Part shown: piece after piece, positions 1 through 13,307 of the stretch | How positions within the stretch are numbered: the first letter of the stretch is position 1 | Layout of the letters: every line of letters begins with the position of its first letter | NCBI GenBank assembly: GCA_964188305.1 | Contig: OZ076896.1 | DNA: 64,000 nt | Strand: one strand, 5' to 3' | Origin: Podarcis bocagei | Taxonomy: Eukaryota | Program-made: the position numbers and the translations under genes | The notes under the pieces: generated by a model | What the model was told of the DNA's origin: nothing | The model's input: only the letters and a program-made list of their open reading frames with translations | The model's database searches: none

Positions 1-1906
1 TGGTTGGATGTTAGGAAAGTTGCACATTTCTATTGCTGGCAAAGTGCAATTTGGCTACAAAGGAAGCAGTAGCTGTGGGAAGACGTGTGAATCCCCCACC
101 GCAAAACATGCACACAAATTGCCCTTACTGGCTGGAGAACAAGTGTATTGCAACAAATGAATAATTTGTCCATTCTTCATGCTATAAAACCACAATTTCA
201 ATTTAAAAAAAACACATTAATATTATACTATATGAGTGCTGAAGAGGGGTATGATTTGAATATGCATAAGAAAATGAGTGTGTGATGGCTTGTACCCATT
301 ATAGTGTTGTTATGCCTGTAAAAAGTAAGGACAACCCCAGAGTAAAAATAGATCTTGACATACCTAGTTTACTAAAAATTGTTTTTCAGTTAAAGTTCAG
401 GCACAGTCCATTTTTATTAAATGATTCTGCACTCTTACAGGAAATTGGCTTAGGCTTTGCTTTTCAAAATTATTAATGCTACCTCTGTTACTGGTTTGGA
501 GGTAGAATTTAATAAATGCTGCTTTTATTTCAGATCCAGTATTCTGAGCTGGGATGATTTTATAACCTTGGCTATTTGGCCTTTTGAGGTTAGCAAGGCC
601 ACCCATGGCTTGTTTTTTCCTTCTCATTTAAAAGCAAGGGGAAAATTAACTAATTTAACAAACATTCCAGCAAGGTTGGCTGGATAGAGCGGGGTTGCAT
701 TGTTTGGTGGGATCAGAGTTTTGTCACTCTAAGAGGCATTTCCGCAACACTAATGTCGGAGAGAATGAAGAGCAGGCCTTATTTGATTTATAACTTTTCT
801 TGTTGAAAGAATGTGCACCAGTGCATTAAATTAATTATTTTAATCAGATATTCTCTCTTTCTCTAATGAGCAGGTCAGTTAGACAACATTTGTCAATGAG
901 AGTTGAAGGCACTGCCAGTCCTCTGAAGCAACAATTTAGCATTGTGTTGATTATCTTTAAAAAGCTACATGGGAGGCAGCAGAAATTGGAATGCTTGTCA
1001 GCTGGTCCATAATTTCCATGCCAAATACTCCCACTTATCTGTCTTCCAATTCCCCCAACTTCTCTCTCTCACGCACACACAGGCATCCCCCCCCCAAAAA
1101 AAACCCCATTATCCATTAATTGGGACTATACAGTCACAGAGAGTGGAGGTGATGGAAGATTGCTAAGCACTTCCTAAAAATCTCTTTAAAAGGAAGCAAA
1201 AATGTTACATGTTCAGTGGTGTGTGCACCACTTGTCTTTTTCCAAACCAGCCAAGTAGGATTAATGACAGGCAGGCTTTTGTGTCCTCTTTTAAATGCAT
1301 CAGGAGAGAAAGGAGAGGAAATAAATAGGCTGCTGCCAAGGAATAATTTGTACAAATGAATAGAACTTTTCAGTATCTGGAGTGCTTTGCTAATTGTCTT
1401 TGAAAGAATAAAAGCAAACCGCAGATTTGCTTTCAGTGGCAAGAAAAACCGAATTCACATGGCAGCTTATGTTTTGCTGACAGAATCAATCCACTATTAA
1501 TTAGAAGTTTGTGGCATGACTGTATAGCCACCAAAGTCAGCAAGAGCTTTCCCACTATCTTTGTTGAGAGGATAAAGCCCAAGATATCTGATGTTTACTG
1601 ACAATGAATAAAATTACACTCTTATTTTTCCTTATGCCCCAATGCATTTTTGTCCCTTGTTTATGTGGACATTTTGAAACAGACTACATCTACCCAGGCC
1701 AGGCGCATTCAATGTTATGTTTAGTAGTTTAGCAACCTAATCCTTAGGTCCATTTATTGGTTTTCAGCATATTATCCCCAGTTGGAATCTCAGAGTGTTA
1801 GAACATAGACATCTTTTCCTTTGAATGCAATACTTGGAGACATTTAGAGCAAGTAGGATTGGAAGAAAACTAACCTGGTAGTATATTCAACATATTGTTA
1901 TAAAGC

Positions 1907-2030
1907 AGGGATGAGGAGCACCTGCAGCCCTCCTGGACTACAAATCCCATCAGCCCCAGCCTGCATGGTCAATGGTCACAGATGATGGAAGTATGTAGTC
2001 CAACAGCATCTAGAGGACCACAGGTTCCCC
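1907..2030. mobile_element. Short hairpin-type non-autonomous DNA element (GGACTACAA(C/A)TCCCATCA family); related copies at ~4157-4272, ~14466-14582, ~27832-27965
   Basis: Internal inverted repeat ggactaca...tgtagtcc and a shared core with three other degenerate copies in the window. Confidence 0.6.
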
Positions 2031-2220
2031 ATAGGAACATAACAAGAGCCTGTTGGATCAGGCCAATGGCCATCCTGTGCCTGCTGGCACAACCCACAAG
2101 CAAAACCCAAGAACAAGAGCACTTTCCTCTCTTGTACTTTCCAGTAACTTAATATTTAGAAGCATTATTGCCTTCGACCAAGGAGGCAGATCATAGCCAC
2201 CATGACTAGTAACCACTGCT
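2031..2220 (-). mobile_element. CR1-type LINE 3' end fragment; related fragments at ~4275-4530 (-), ~9505-9630 (+), ~50715-50935 (-)
   Basis: Shares the ggatcaggccaatggc / ctggactagatgggc 3'-terminal motif with the end of the CR1 at 60775-60930. Confidence 0.6.
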
Positions 2221-3611
2221 CTAAGGTATAACCATCCTTGCTGTAAGGTGTTGTTGAGGCTTGGAATTAATTTTATGGTAACATACGGCTAGGGTGTAGG
2301 TTAAGTTGTAACTGAAGGATTTTTATACGTTTTTGCAAGGCAGTTTCGATAGATTCACATTCTGCAGACCTAATCAACTTCAAACCCAGGGCATAAGAGC
2401 TGTGCCAATGCCAGTTTTTTTCTTTCATAAAATATTTCTGCATTGCTAATCAAAGAGATCCACAGTGGTTTACAAAATCAAAATGAAGCCAACAGTAAAA
2501 TAAGAAAATACAAAATTCATACACCAGCAGTAGCAGATTAGTGGCAGGATCAAAAACAACCACAAAGCAATGTTGAACAAAGACATGGTAACAGTCAGCT
2601 TTAAATCCTGCCAGAGCTGGAAGATATAGGAGCCACGCGCTCATCACCAAAAGCAACAATTCAATGTGTAGTCGTCCTCTGTTAATGCTTAGTATTAAGT
2701 GTAGCAGTACATCATTGTGCTGTGAGTTTCCACACTTGCACTTCACTGCACTGTCTGCCACTTGTGGATATGGGAACAGTAAGTAATATCAGGTCATGTT
2801 TTCTGTAGTACTAGACATTACAAGGGCTGCGAGGGGAAAGAGGAGATGTTGCTTCTGGTAGGAGCCACATAGCTCTTGCTATGCTTACTTTTGGCCTAGA
2901 GGGGCATTATTAAGTAGCACATCTATGTGCCAAAAGAAATGTGTGTATATCAACACCGTTGAACTTACTGTGGAATCTTCTTAAAGAACTGCAAATGCTA
3001 TGGCACAAAATAGATAAAATTCAGTAGAAGGCAACAAATGGATCCTACCTGAGGTAAGTAAAAAAAATATGATGTGGAAAAGGCCCAATTTGTTTTGATG
3101 GAGTCCTATTACGGAGTCCTATTATGGACTCATGTATTGTTCACGATTAAAGTTAAACGTTTTGAAAAGGGAGGGCATAGGAAAGATTATGTACAAGCAA
3201 TGCAACATGTGAAAGAAAAATATACAAAGTAGAATCGGTTCTCTCATGTGCGGTATCCTTCAAGTGTAGCCCTCAGTGCTGGACATGTTGTACCCCAAAT
3301 GAAGGAACCTGCATTGATATTTGAGTCCATACTGTGGTTTGGTTCTCTGTAATGAAAAGCTGTGTGTTTTGAGCTTTCTGTTTCCATTAGATGCTAAAAA
3401 CGTCTGTCCCAATGAGAAATCTCCTGAGGGCAATGAGACCTTCTGAGCACTGTGAACCTTTACAGCTATGACTAAACTTATATATTTAGGAACGTTAAGT
3501 TTGGAGGAACATTGGACTGTGTTATATGAATGCTTTCATGCTCCCAGTACAAATTCTGTACCCACCCCAATACATTAACCTTTGACTGCTACCATTTCTG
3601 ACACCTGAAAT

Positions 3612-3944
3612 TTAGGGCCAAACTAGATGTTAAATGCATTTAGCATGCAAGTGTTCTAAAATGCAGCTAGTAGCAGCTGATAATTACTGGGGTTGCAAGA
3701 GCCGGGGGAATTGTTAAACCTTTCTGCCCTTCATGCAGTTGACAATCACTCTTCTGAGGCCACTGTCTGAATGAGAGAGAATCTCCCATTGATAGACTTT
3801 TGTTAGGATCATATTAGGGGAAGAAAGAGTTAAACCCCACCTCTCCACAATACACACTCACACACCACACCAGCAGGTTTGTATTAAAAAGCTTGTGTGT
3901 TAAATGCAAATTTGTATTTAATATGACATCTAATTTGTTCCTTA
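3612..3944. mobile_element. Old MITE with degenerate terminal inverted repeats
   Basis: tagggccaaactagatgt at the left and acatctaatttgttcctta at the right (reverse complement taaggaacaaattagatgt). Confidence 0.5.
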
Positions 3945-4962
3945 ATTCTGCTTCATTCAAATATATAATAACAGTGACTTTCAAAATTCTGGAGTTGTAT
4001 TTTTTTTTAAGAAGTTGAAATGATAATATAATGAAAATAAGTTGAAATGGTACATAATGAAAAGTTAAGCCTGAACTGTTGGGAGCTCTCTAGCAAACAT
4101 TGGAGTGGTGTTTGTAGTGCACAATGGTAGCACACATAACAATTTCAGACAAGACAAGGATGGAGAGCCTTTGAATCTCCAGTTGTTGTTGGACTCCAAC
4201 TCCCATCAGTCCTAGTTAGCATAGCCAATGGGAGTTACAATGCAACAACATCTAGAAGGCCACCCATCCATGATGTAATTAGTGCCCTGCTGCATATCAG
4301 ACCAAAAGCTCATCTAGTCCAGCATACTGTTTTCCATTGTGGCAGGTCAAAATCTGCTAGGGAGCACAAAAGTAAGAGCACTATCTGCTGCTGCTGCTGC
4401 TGCTGTTCCCCCTGGCAATTGGTATTCAGAGATACATTTCCTCTGAACACAGAGGTTTCATTTAGCCACCATGATTCATAGCTGTTGATTGAGCTATCCT
4501 CCGTGACCGTGTCTAATCATTTTTAAGGCAACATCTTTAAATTGCACATATTTGCAGGGCTAGATCCTACCTTGTTTTTGTGGCTTTGAATGTTGGGAGA
4601 GAGAGAAAATGCCCTCACCCTGGGCTCCTAACAAAAATGAGTTTATTAATTTGGGCAGGGTTATGCAATTAATCTATGTTAACTTGGTGTTCCCTGGATA
4701 TATTTGCAGTCACACCCAGTCCTTCCCCAAAGTCTTAGTGTTGGTTAAACAAAACTAACAATTAAAAATATGCTTTAACAATTTAAAACAGCACTTGTAA
4801 AAACACACCAGAATTCCCCGTCCTGAAACCAACAATATTAGAACTCCAAGCCTTACATTTAGTCCCCATTTACTGAAAGCTTGTCCAAACTAGTTTGAGT
4901 ATATGTGCATTCTATTCTTTCTCCAAGCGGCACATAAAGAAGCAGTCCCCAGGTTTAAAAAT

Positions 4963-5337
4963 GGTAAAGCTAGAGCACCCATGGACAGGGGCGTAGGAAG
5001 GGGGGGCAGGGCGGCGCGCCCTGGGTGTCATCCCTGAGGGGGTGACAAAAAGGCACACCATGGGGGGCTCACCCTGCCGCCCCCGTGCGTGGCAACGTGC
5101 AGCGGATCACCCCCCCTGCGCGCAGCTCACCCCCACCGGGTGCACGGCATGGCCGCTGCTCCGGGTGTTCATGCAGCTAACTCCACCGTTGCCCCTGGAC
5201 ACTTAAGTCCAGTCAAAGGTGACTATGGGGTGCGGCACCCATCTCCGCTTTCAGGCTGAGGGAGCCGGCGTTTGTCCACAGACAGCTTTCCGGGTCATGT
5301 GGCCAGCAGAACTAAACCACTTCTGGCACAATGGAAC
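4963..5337 (-). mobile_element. Sauria SINE, 3' portion (interrupted by the hAT MITE)
   Basis: ggtaaa...ttaagtccagtcaaagg..gactatgggg..catctc..gagggagccggcg..gggtcatgtggccagca is homologous to the other Sauria SINE copies in the window. Confidence 0.8.
4986..5191. mobile_element. GC-rich hAT-type MITE inserted in a Sauria SINE tail
   Basis: 8-bp TSD cccatgga (4978-4985) / cccctgga (5192-5199); degenerate TIRs caggggcgtag / ctccaccgttg; abrupt rise in GC content. Confidence 0.65.
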
Positions 5338-5536
5338 ATATCCAGTAATGGAACATCCTATGCACCTTCAAACCATTAGTTTGGTCCTGTGGTACTTTAA
5401 GACTTTATAGTACTATTTTCTGTGTACCCAAAACCAAAATATAAACTTTTGATTATCTGAATTCGAAGTTCTTGCAATACAGCCTCAAACTGAGAGAATG
5501 AAACACAAGAAAGCTATACCTGTGTGTTTTGAATTG

Positions 5537-5892
5537 GAATGGACAGATCTGTCTGATTTGATTTCAGGTCAGTTTCACATGTGTTCATTCATAAGGCAGT
5601 TTTGCCTTGATTATACATTAATGTGATTTTTTTAAAAAAAGTATGAAGATAAATATTTAAATGCATATGTTATTCCATATGTATCTCAAACATTTTTAAC
5701 TACATTTTTTATAGTGGTTCATGCATGTCTAAGGTTACTTTAGCCTTAATTACACATTTTTAATTGGTTTTGGTATGTTTTTAGAACTCCATTGCAAAAT
5801 TCAGGACATGCTCCAATCTATGTATTAATCTAGGAGGTGTGAATTAGGTCAGTTCACTTAAAAATGCAGGATGAAATTTTCCTCCATCCCTA
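5537..5892. mobile_element. Old non-autonomous DNA element; related copies at ~45080-45430 and ~62620-62860
   Basis: Shared segments (ggatggacaaatctgtc; acacattttt...gaactgcatcacaaaatt) among three loci. Confidence 0.45.
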
Positions 5893-7353
5893 GTTCTCTC
5901 TCAAGACTTGAAGCTCCTCTGTTGTCAGATCTATTTTAATCAGTGCATATTTTCTGACTTTTGGGATTCTTAGAGCAAGTTTGCAGAGAAGACAGCTCCA
6001 GTGTAATAAACATTGGGAGTGTGCCACCACAGGGGCTGAATGGATGAGGCATTTGTATGAACTAGTGACTTCATCTGGGTGTCGTATGTGTGATTTCTGC
6101 AATGGCAGTGACTCTTAAAGTGTCCTTGTCCATTGGCCATAGTGGTGTATTTTGTTTGCTTTTAAATAAAGTTATATAAACTTAGTAATGGTTACATACA
6201 GTTCAAAATGATTTAATTATAATACAGTATAATACAGAAATAAGTATGGTATATTTATACTCTTATTTCCATTCAATACAAAAACAGATGCAAAAAAAAA
6301 AGGTAGCTACACAAGAATACAAAAAATAAAAACAGAAAAAAACTAACCTAAAAACCCCCAGTTGTTTCCAATTTTCTAAATCAACAGTTGAAATACACAC
6401 ACACATGGGCCTGCTATGCCAACTTTTAAACATCTTCTGAAAATTTCTCTATTCCCCCAGGCCTATGCAGGCAATTAAGAATACATCCTTCCACAATGTT
6501 TAATTGATGTCTGTTTTAACTTTCCTGTGGTTTTTATTGTACAGACTTATCGCTGATATGAGAGATACCAGTTGCTAAAAGTGCAGTGGCTCTAAGATCT
6601 GCCACAGACCTTTGTTTGTTTGTTTAAAAAAAAGATGTGCAGAGAATCCGAAGTGTGCATCGGTTTTAGGACACATTTAACTTGGGGTGGACATGCCCAT
6701 TCCATGGCGTAAATTCTGTAGCTGCTGTTTTCCAAGTTAGCTGGCATGTGGATTTGTGATAACTGGTGAATGAATCATGCAGAAAGCTAATTTTGGTGAC
6801 ATAGTAAGGGGTTTTGTAGTCAAAGAGAGGTAGGAGAACTATTACTAGCTATTACCACCAGTATAGTCTAGTGGATGGACAGAAGCAAGAAAGCTTGTGT
6901 TCAAAACCCTGTGGGGCCACAAAGCTCACTGGGTGTCTTCAACCATAAATAATCTTTTAGCCAGGATGCAGAACCTGTGACCTTCTGGGTGGTGCTGGAC
7001 TATAGGTCAAATTACCACACACACCTCCCAACTGAGACTGTGCAGCCTTTGTATGCATGACAGTAGCCCAATCAGTGCCAGCCAATGACAGAATGGTGCG
7101 TACCCAGTGAGGAAGCTTTGAGAAGACACAAGCCACAGCGAGGGATGCCACATTCCATTCTGGAGCATGAGGGTTGAGTCGCGTTGGGTTCCTGGTTGTG
7201 TAGTTTAGTTGAGATTGAATGTCTCTAGTAGTGGCCTTTTGTGTATGTCTCTGTGTGTGGATTTTTGGCCCACTCAAAGCACAGCCTTTGATTTAATTTG
7301 AATGTTTAGCATTCTCTGTTTGCTCACTGGCCATATTTTTTATGTATTACATA

Positions 7354-7608
7354 CCGCATTTTTTGCTCTATAAGACTCACCTTTTCCCTCCTAAAAAGTA
7401 AGGGGAAATGGTATGTGTCTTATGGAGCGAATGCAGGCTGTGCAGCTATCCCAGAAGCCAGAACAGCAAGAGGGATTGCTGCTTTCACTGCGCAGCGATT
7501 CCTCTTGCTGTTCTGGCTTCTGAGATTCAGAATATTTTTCTTGTTTTCCTCCTCCAAAAACTAGGTGCGTCTTGTGGTCTGGTGCGTCTTATAGAGTGAA
7601 AAATACGG
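7354..7608. mobile_element. Tc1/mariner-type MITE
   Basis: TIRs ccgcattttttgctctataagac / gtcttatagagtgaaaaatacgg, flanked by TA on both sides. Confidence 0.85.
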
Positions 7609-7778
7609 TAGATAATCTGCCTTTCTCCCAAGGGTCTAAAGGCTGTGTGCACTGCACAGTGTTTTGAACACATGGGGTATCCAAATGAAAGTGAGCATGC
7701 ACACTCAGAACACAATAATCCAGTACAAGTTAAATACAAGCTTCATCTTCACAGGGAGCAATAAACATGTAACAATAA

Positions 7779-9443
7779 TCTTATAAGAAAAAGCTCCTTT
7801 TTCCTTTATGGGGTATCCAAAAGCCCGTATAGAGTCCTTATGTAGGTTCTCTATCAGTAGGAGAAAATAACAAAGGCCAACCAGAGAATATTGAGAAGCA
7901 AGGCAGCTAGTAAGCATGATCTTTATTAAACAGTTGCAGCAGGGTCCCCCGCTTACTCCACGTATAGAGGGAGGAGAGGAACCCAGAACATTGGTGTGCA
8001 AGCTCTTATAAAGACTTTTGAAATTGCCTACCCTGTAGCTCGATGTTGTTGTTGTTGTTTAGTCGTGTCCGACTCTTCGTGACCCCATGGACCAGAGCAC
8101 GCCAGGCACTTCTGTCCTCCACTGCCTCCCGCAGTTTGATCAAACTCATGCTGGTAGCTTCAAGAACACCATCCAACCATCTCGTCCTCTGTCGTCCCCT
8201 TCTCCTTGTGCCCTCCATCTTTCCCAACATCAGGGTCTTTTCCAGGGAGTCTTCTCTTCTCATGAGGTGGCCAAAGTATTGGAGCCTCAACTTCACGATC
8301 TGTCCTTCCAGTGAGCGCTCAGGGCTGATTTCCTTCAGAATGGAGAGGTTTGATCTTCTTGCAGTCCATGGGACTCTCAAGAGTCTCCTCCAGCACCATA
8401 ATTCAAAAGCATCAATTCTTCGGCGATCAGCCTTCTTTATGGTCCAGCTCTCACTTCCATACATCACTACTGGGAAAACCATGGCTTTTACTATACGGAC
8501 CTTTGTTGGCAAGGTGATGTCTCTGCTTTTTAAGATGTTGTCTAGGTTTGCCATCGCCTTTCTCCCAAGGAGCAGGCGTCTTTTAATTTCGTGACTGCTG
8601 TCACCATCTGCACTGATCATGGAGCCCAAGAAAGTAAAATCTCTCACTGCCTCCATTTCTTCCCCTTCTATTTGCCAGGAGGTGATGGGCCCAGTGGCCA
8701 TGATCTTCGTTTTTTTGATGTTGAGCTTCAGACCATATTTTGCGCTCTCCTCTTTCACCCTCATTAAAAGGTTCTTTAATTCCTCTTCACTTTTTGCCAT
8801 CAAGGTTGTGTCATCTGCATATCTGAGGTTGTTGATATTTCTTCCGGCAATCTTAATTCCGGCTTGGGATTCATCCAGCCCAGCCTTTCGCATGATGAAT
8901 TCTGCATATAAGTTAAATAAGCAGGGAGACAATATACAGCCTTGCCGTACTCCTTTCAAGGCAGTGATCAAGGCAGTGATCCATGAAGGGGTAGCTTGAT
9001 ACCACCCCCCAAAACATACATACATCACAGAAAGAGGTGGTCCCTAGCAAAAATTTGAGTGTGTTGCTTCTCTCCTGTCTGCCAGGATACCTGATAATGC
9101 CTTATCTGATTGCCTTTTCTGGGTAGCCTGGCTGAGATGGTAAATATTTAGTTCCTGGATCTCTTATGCATATTGATAGTGTGCTCAGCTTAACAGATAC
9201 TTGCCAGACTGTATTTACAGGGAGGTGTAAGCCCCTACAGTCCAAGGACAATTGGAAAGCTTTTCCCATTTCCTTCCTCCTTGCAGAGAAATATTTGAGG
9301 TAAATTTGGGAGTGTCAGAATGGCTTCAGGATTGTTCTCCTGTGCTATTTCAGACACGTGGCTTATATACCTATGTATGTGTTTACCTTGTACATTTATG
9401 AACATTTTTTGTATATCTATAAGACCTTAGAATTCCTATAACA
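7779..9443 (-). mobile_element. ERV-like solo LTR (~710 bp net), interrupted by BovB
   Basis: Terminal inverted ends tcttataagaa / ttcctataaca; flanking direct repeat ACAATAA (7772-7778, 9444-9450). On the minus strand a TATAA (~8010) is followed by AATAAA (7927-7922). Confidence 0.65.
8045..8990 (-). mobile_element. BovB (RTE clade) LINE: 3' ~0.9 kb with uninterrupted reverse-transcriptase C-terminal ORF
   Basis: ORF 8006-9028(-) contains GVRQGCILSPCLFNLY, LRYADDTTL and IDAFELWCWRRLLRVPWTARRSN, typical of BovB. (CAA)n tail at 8045-8058; 10-bp TSD gtagctcgat (8035-8044) / gtagcttgat (8991-9000). Confidence 0.95.
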
Positions 9444-10974
9444 ACAATAATAGGAGTCAATGCCTCTTTTGAACACCAGATAACAATGAAAGTTAATTGC
9501 AGGTGTGGAGTAGGCACTCATGAGCTCAGGTTCTGCTTATGGCTTTCCCACAGGCATCTAGTTGGTCACTGTGAGAGCAGGATGCTGGACTAGATGGGCT
9601 ATTGGCCTGATCCAGCAGGGTCCTCTTCCGACCCCCAACCCTGTGTTAGCCTAACATAACCACCTTTTCATCATCTATCTGGTTGACAAGTGTTTGGGAT
9701 TATCAAGAGACAAATACTGCCAGTGTGCCCTGCTTGTGAACCTTACTGAGTATGGCTGGCCACTCAGAGAACAAACAGAGTAAGGATAAATAGAACCAAC
9801 CTAGCTTTCCTTTGCCCTTTGTAACAAAAAGTGATGTCAGCTTAATTCTGGAAGGAATGGGATGTCTGATGCAGAGCCAAAGGGTCTGTCTCTCCTAGAG
9901 CTTGATTCAAAGCCTATTTAAATCCATTTTTAAAAAAACAAACCTTGGCTTCATATCGGATCCTAAATCTAATGAAGTGGCAATTTGTTTTTCAATAGTA
10001 GGAAGACAATAAGAGGAACCATTGGTGATGTGTGTGTGGGGGGGGGGTAATATTTATGGGATTTATTGTAAGTTTACAAGTAAACATTGCCAGGAGCTTA
10101 CAACCATTTATTTTCTGGTTAATCGCTTCAAAAACAGTGTGGTAATAAAAAAGATACAACTGGGAACCCTAATAAGATCTACTGTTTGCAGATAAAGGAC
10201 TTTGCTTCCTTGTTTGTAAGCCATTTGTCACTGTGGTACCGTATATATATAATCCCCTTTTTTTACTGTAGCGCTCTTGCAGAGACCAGGGGCAGGATAG
10301 ATTTATACTGCATCAAAAGGACAGGCCGTGGCTGTTCCAAAATCAGTAAATTTTCAACTTTGAAATGTAAGGGTGGGGAGCAACCAAAAATGAATCAAAA
10401 CAAATTAATTTACCTCCTAGAGCTACAAAAACAAGGTGACTATTCAAAGGAAGCATAACCCTTAGGGCATGTTTACACTACAAATGAACTTTTATTTATT
10501 AAAATTAAAAACATTTCTAGCCCACCTTTCTGTGTCAGATAAAATGCCCAAAGTACCTATTATGGTATTACAGGTAAATGAGGCAGTCACCTCAGGCAGC
10601 GGGTTTTAGGTATAACAAAAAGACAGAATTGCTAGTTATTTAGTTTATTTTTTGTTGTATTTTAACTCCCAGGAAAAAGGCTGGTGTGGGATCTTCAGTC
10701 TCAGGTGCCAAAATAATTTGGCCAAGCATAGGTACTATGGACTTTGACTGAGAGTAAATGGAGGGCAAGTGCCATTTGCTGTTCTGCCTCAGAGGACAAA
10801 CTTTCTTGAGCTGCTCCTGTTCCTTTATGGAATTTAAGACTCCAAATGCTTAAGGAAATCTCAGCACCTTACGTACCTGTAATGCATGACAATTCACTAA
10901 AAAAAAAGGGGCACTTTCCCAAACCCTTATGAATATAAGCATTATGATACAATGCGGTTTCTGCACATGCAGTA

Positions 10975-11160
10975 GATGGAAGTGAGGGGTAGATGGGGCT
11001 CATCAACCTGGGAAGTTAGACCTAGGAGAAGGGAGACTCTGATCCTAAACCTTTGCTGCCTTCCGGGATATCTTTTGGAGAAGAAAAGGCTAAGAAGCAA
11101 ACCCTACACAAATCTGGAGTGAGGTCCCTAAGACGGTTGGCTGGCACCTTGCATGCCTTC
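10975..11160 (+). mobile_element. Probable RTE-type LINE 5'-region fragment
   Basis: gggctcatcaacctgggaag...ctaggagaagggagactctgatcctaaacct resembles RTE 5' UTR motifs (from memory). Confidence 0.4.
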
Positions 11161-13307
11161 ATCCGACATCTGCTCTCCAGGGTCTCAAGCAAAAGACTTT
11201 CCCCCTCCACCTCTATGTGCAGTGAACATGTGTATGGGCTGTAGGTTTGCATGCTTTCTCCTTGTTCCTGTTGCCAGTACTAGGCACAGTAACCTCATAT
11301 CACCCTTTTGAAATCTTTAGAATGGACTAAAGGAAATGCCATTGACCTTAGGAAGAGATAAGGGCTCATCAACACGCACAAATATTGCAAAATCATCTTA
11401 AGTGTTCACAGTGTGCTGAAGTTATGAAATTTTGTAATGAACTGCACTCTTTTCGAGGTCTCTGAATACCATTTATTTTATCTGTACTGAACTCTTGTGC
11501 TATAAAACAAAAGCTAAATAAGTGTTGCCCAAAATCTAGGCCATATTTTTTTAGACATCATAGCACCGCCAGTTCCTAGTTTTCACTAAGATGGTAAACC
11601 TGTGTCTGGAGTTCTGTATTATTTCAGATTGCAGGTTTGGGCTCACATGATTGAATCCACACAATCCCCTCTTCAAGTAGAAAACTAAATATCGGGGAAC
11701 TAAATTCTGGTTTAGCCTTCTTCCATTCATGCCAATTTTATTTGTGCAGGCATCTTTTTCTTAATGCATACCAGGAAGGTTAAGTTAGAACCCCCCTATT
11801 TTATATTCTTCGCTCCCCCCTCATGGAAGAGAAGTCATGAGCCCCCTCTGGCTGCCTGAAGCTGTACAGTCTACCTTCAGGTTTTCCACCCTAGCAAGCA
11901 GGCCACTGTTTTGCATTTGAAAGCTGCCCATAATGTCTGGAAAATGAAATGCTAGAATTCCAGTGATGTAATTGCCAACCTTGTGCCAAAAGATAACACT
12001 GTTCCTGCTTGTTAGCTAAGTAAATATATGAGACCTGGGGAGTGGACAGTTAATATCATAACCCCACCCCCCTCTTATTTCTGCATACCATCTAGTTGCC
12101 CAGAAGGAGCTGATGAAAACATCTGGCATTTCCAAATCCTGGTAGCTAGGTGGCTCACTTCCAAGGGCTATTTAATCTTCCTCATTTGTGTAAGTGGCAG
12201 GTTGTCTGAATTTTTTATTATTATCTTGCCTTATGGGGTTCTCTGATAAGCAATGGTAGCAATGCCTTCAGGCATCAGAGCTACTCTTACATGCATATCC
12301 CTTGTTTAGGAGTAGGCAACCCTGTCTCCCAACTTCTCTAAAGAACTTTTTATGTCCTCTGCCCTCCTGCTTAAGCCCCTTTTGACACTGTTTCTCCTAT
12401 TAGCCATTTACCTCTGCTGCAGGCATCTCTTTGGGGTTCCTCCCAAAGCATATACCAGCTTCAGTAGGAAGATTTTTCTCAATACTGTATTGCAAGTTAG
12501 GTGCAAAGTTGCATTTCATGTCCAGGAGACTCAAGGTTAACTTTAAACTAATCAGTCTTTATAGTGCGCTTTTGCTTGTTCCCCCATACAGGAATGCCCA
12601 TTCTCTTTCATCTAAACACACACAGATCCTTTATATACTCCATCAGTACCAGTTTGTTCAGGCCCTTTTCTGGCTCAGACTGGAATCCTTGCTACCACTT
12701 AATGATACAGGCCTGAACCAAGCTTGATAGCTGAGAGCGATAGGCTGCCCCCACACTTTCTGCCCAGTCATCATGAGTGATGGGACTGTAGATGTGGGGG
12801 TAGTTCCTGTACTCTGTCACTCTCTGCCACTGAATTGTCCTGCCCCTCTAGCAAACATTACCTGAAATGGAAAGGAGGGGAAACTTTCCACATCGCCTCC
12901 ATCAGCCTTCCATAGAGAAAGGTCTTCACATATGATTCATATGGCCCATGGAAAGATAATCAGACTATGGGCAAGATGGAGCCTTTCTCCTGCCTCACAT
13001 GGCTGAGATTCCACATGTCCCCAATTTGTATGCTACAGTTCTGTCTGTTCCTACTGTTTGAATGTCACATCATTGCTCCATCAACGAAATGGAATCTGGG
13101 ATTTTCAATCTGGTGTTATTGGTTGAACATAACTGCTGCCTTAACAGTCTTATAAATCATCTGTTAGATTATTGTATAGTTTTTTTATTCTAGTCTACGA
13201 AGTATTGTGAGTATATAGCTCCTGAAATTAGCAAATTGCCTTTAAGGTGTTCTCCTGTATACACTCAGTAAATGTGCAATTCAGCCCTCTTTTGGATTAC
13301 TCTCAAA

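Noticed and set aside
8043-8999. Plus-strand ORFs of 183 aa and 126 aa
   Set aside because: Antisense shadows of the BovB RT frame, not independent genes.
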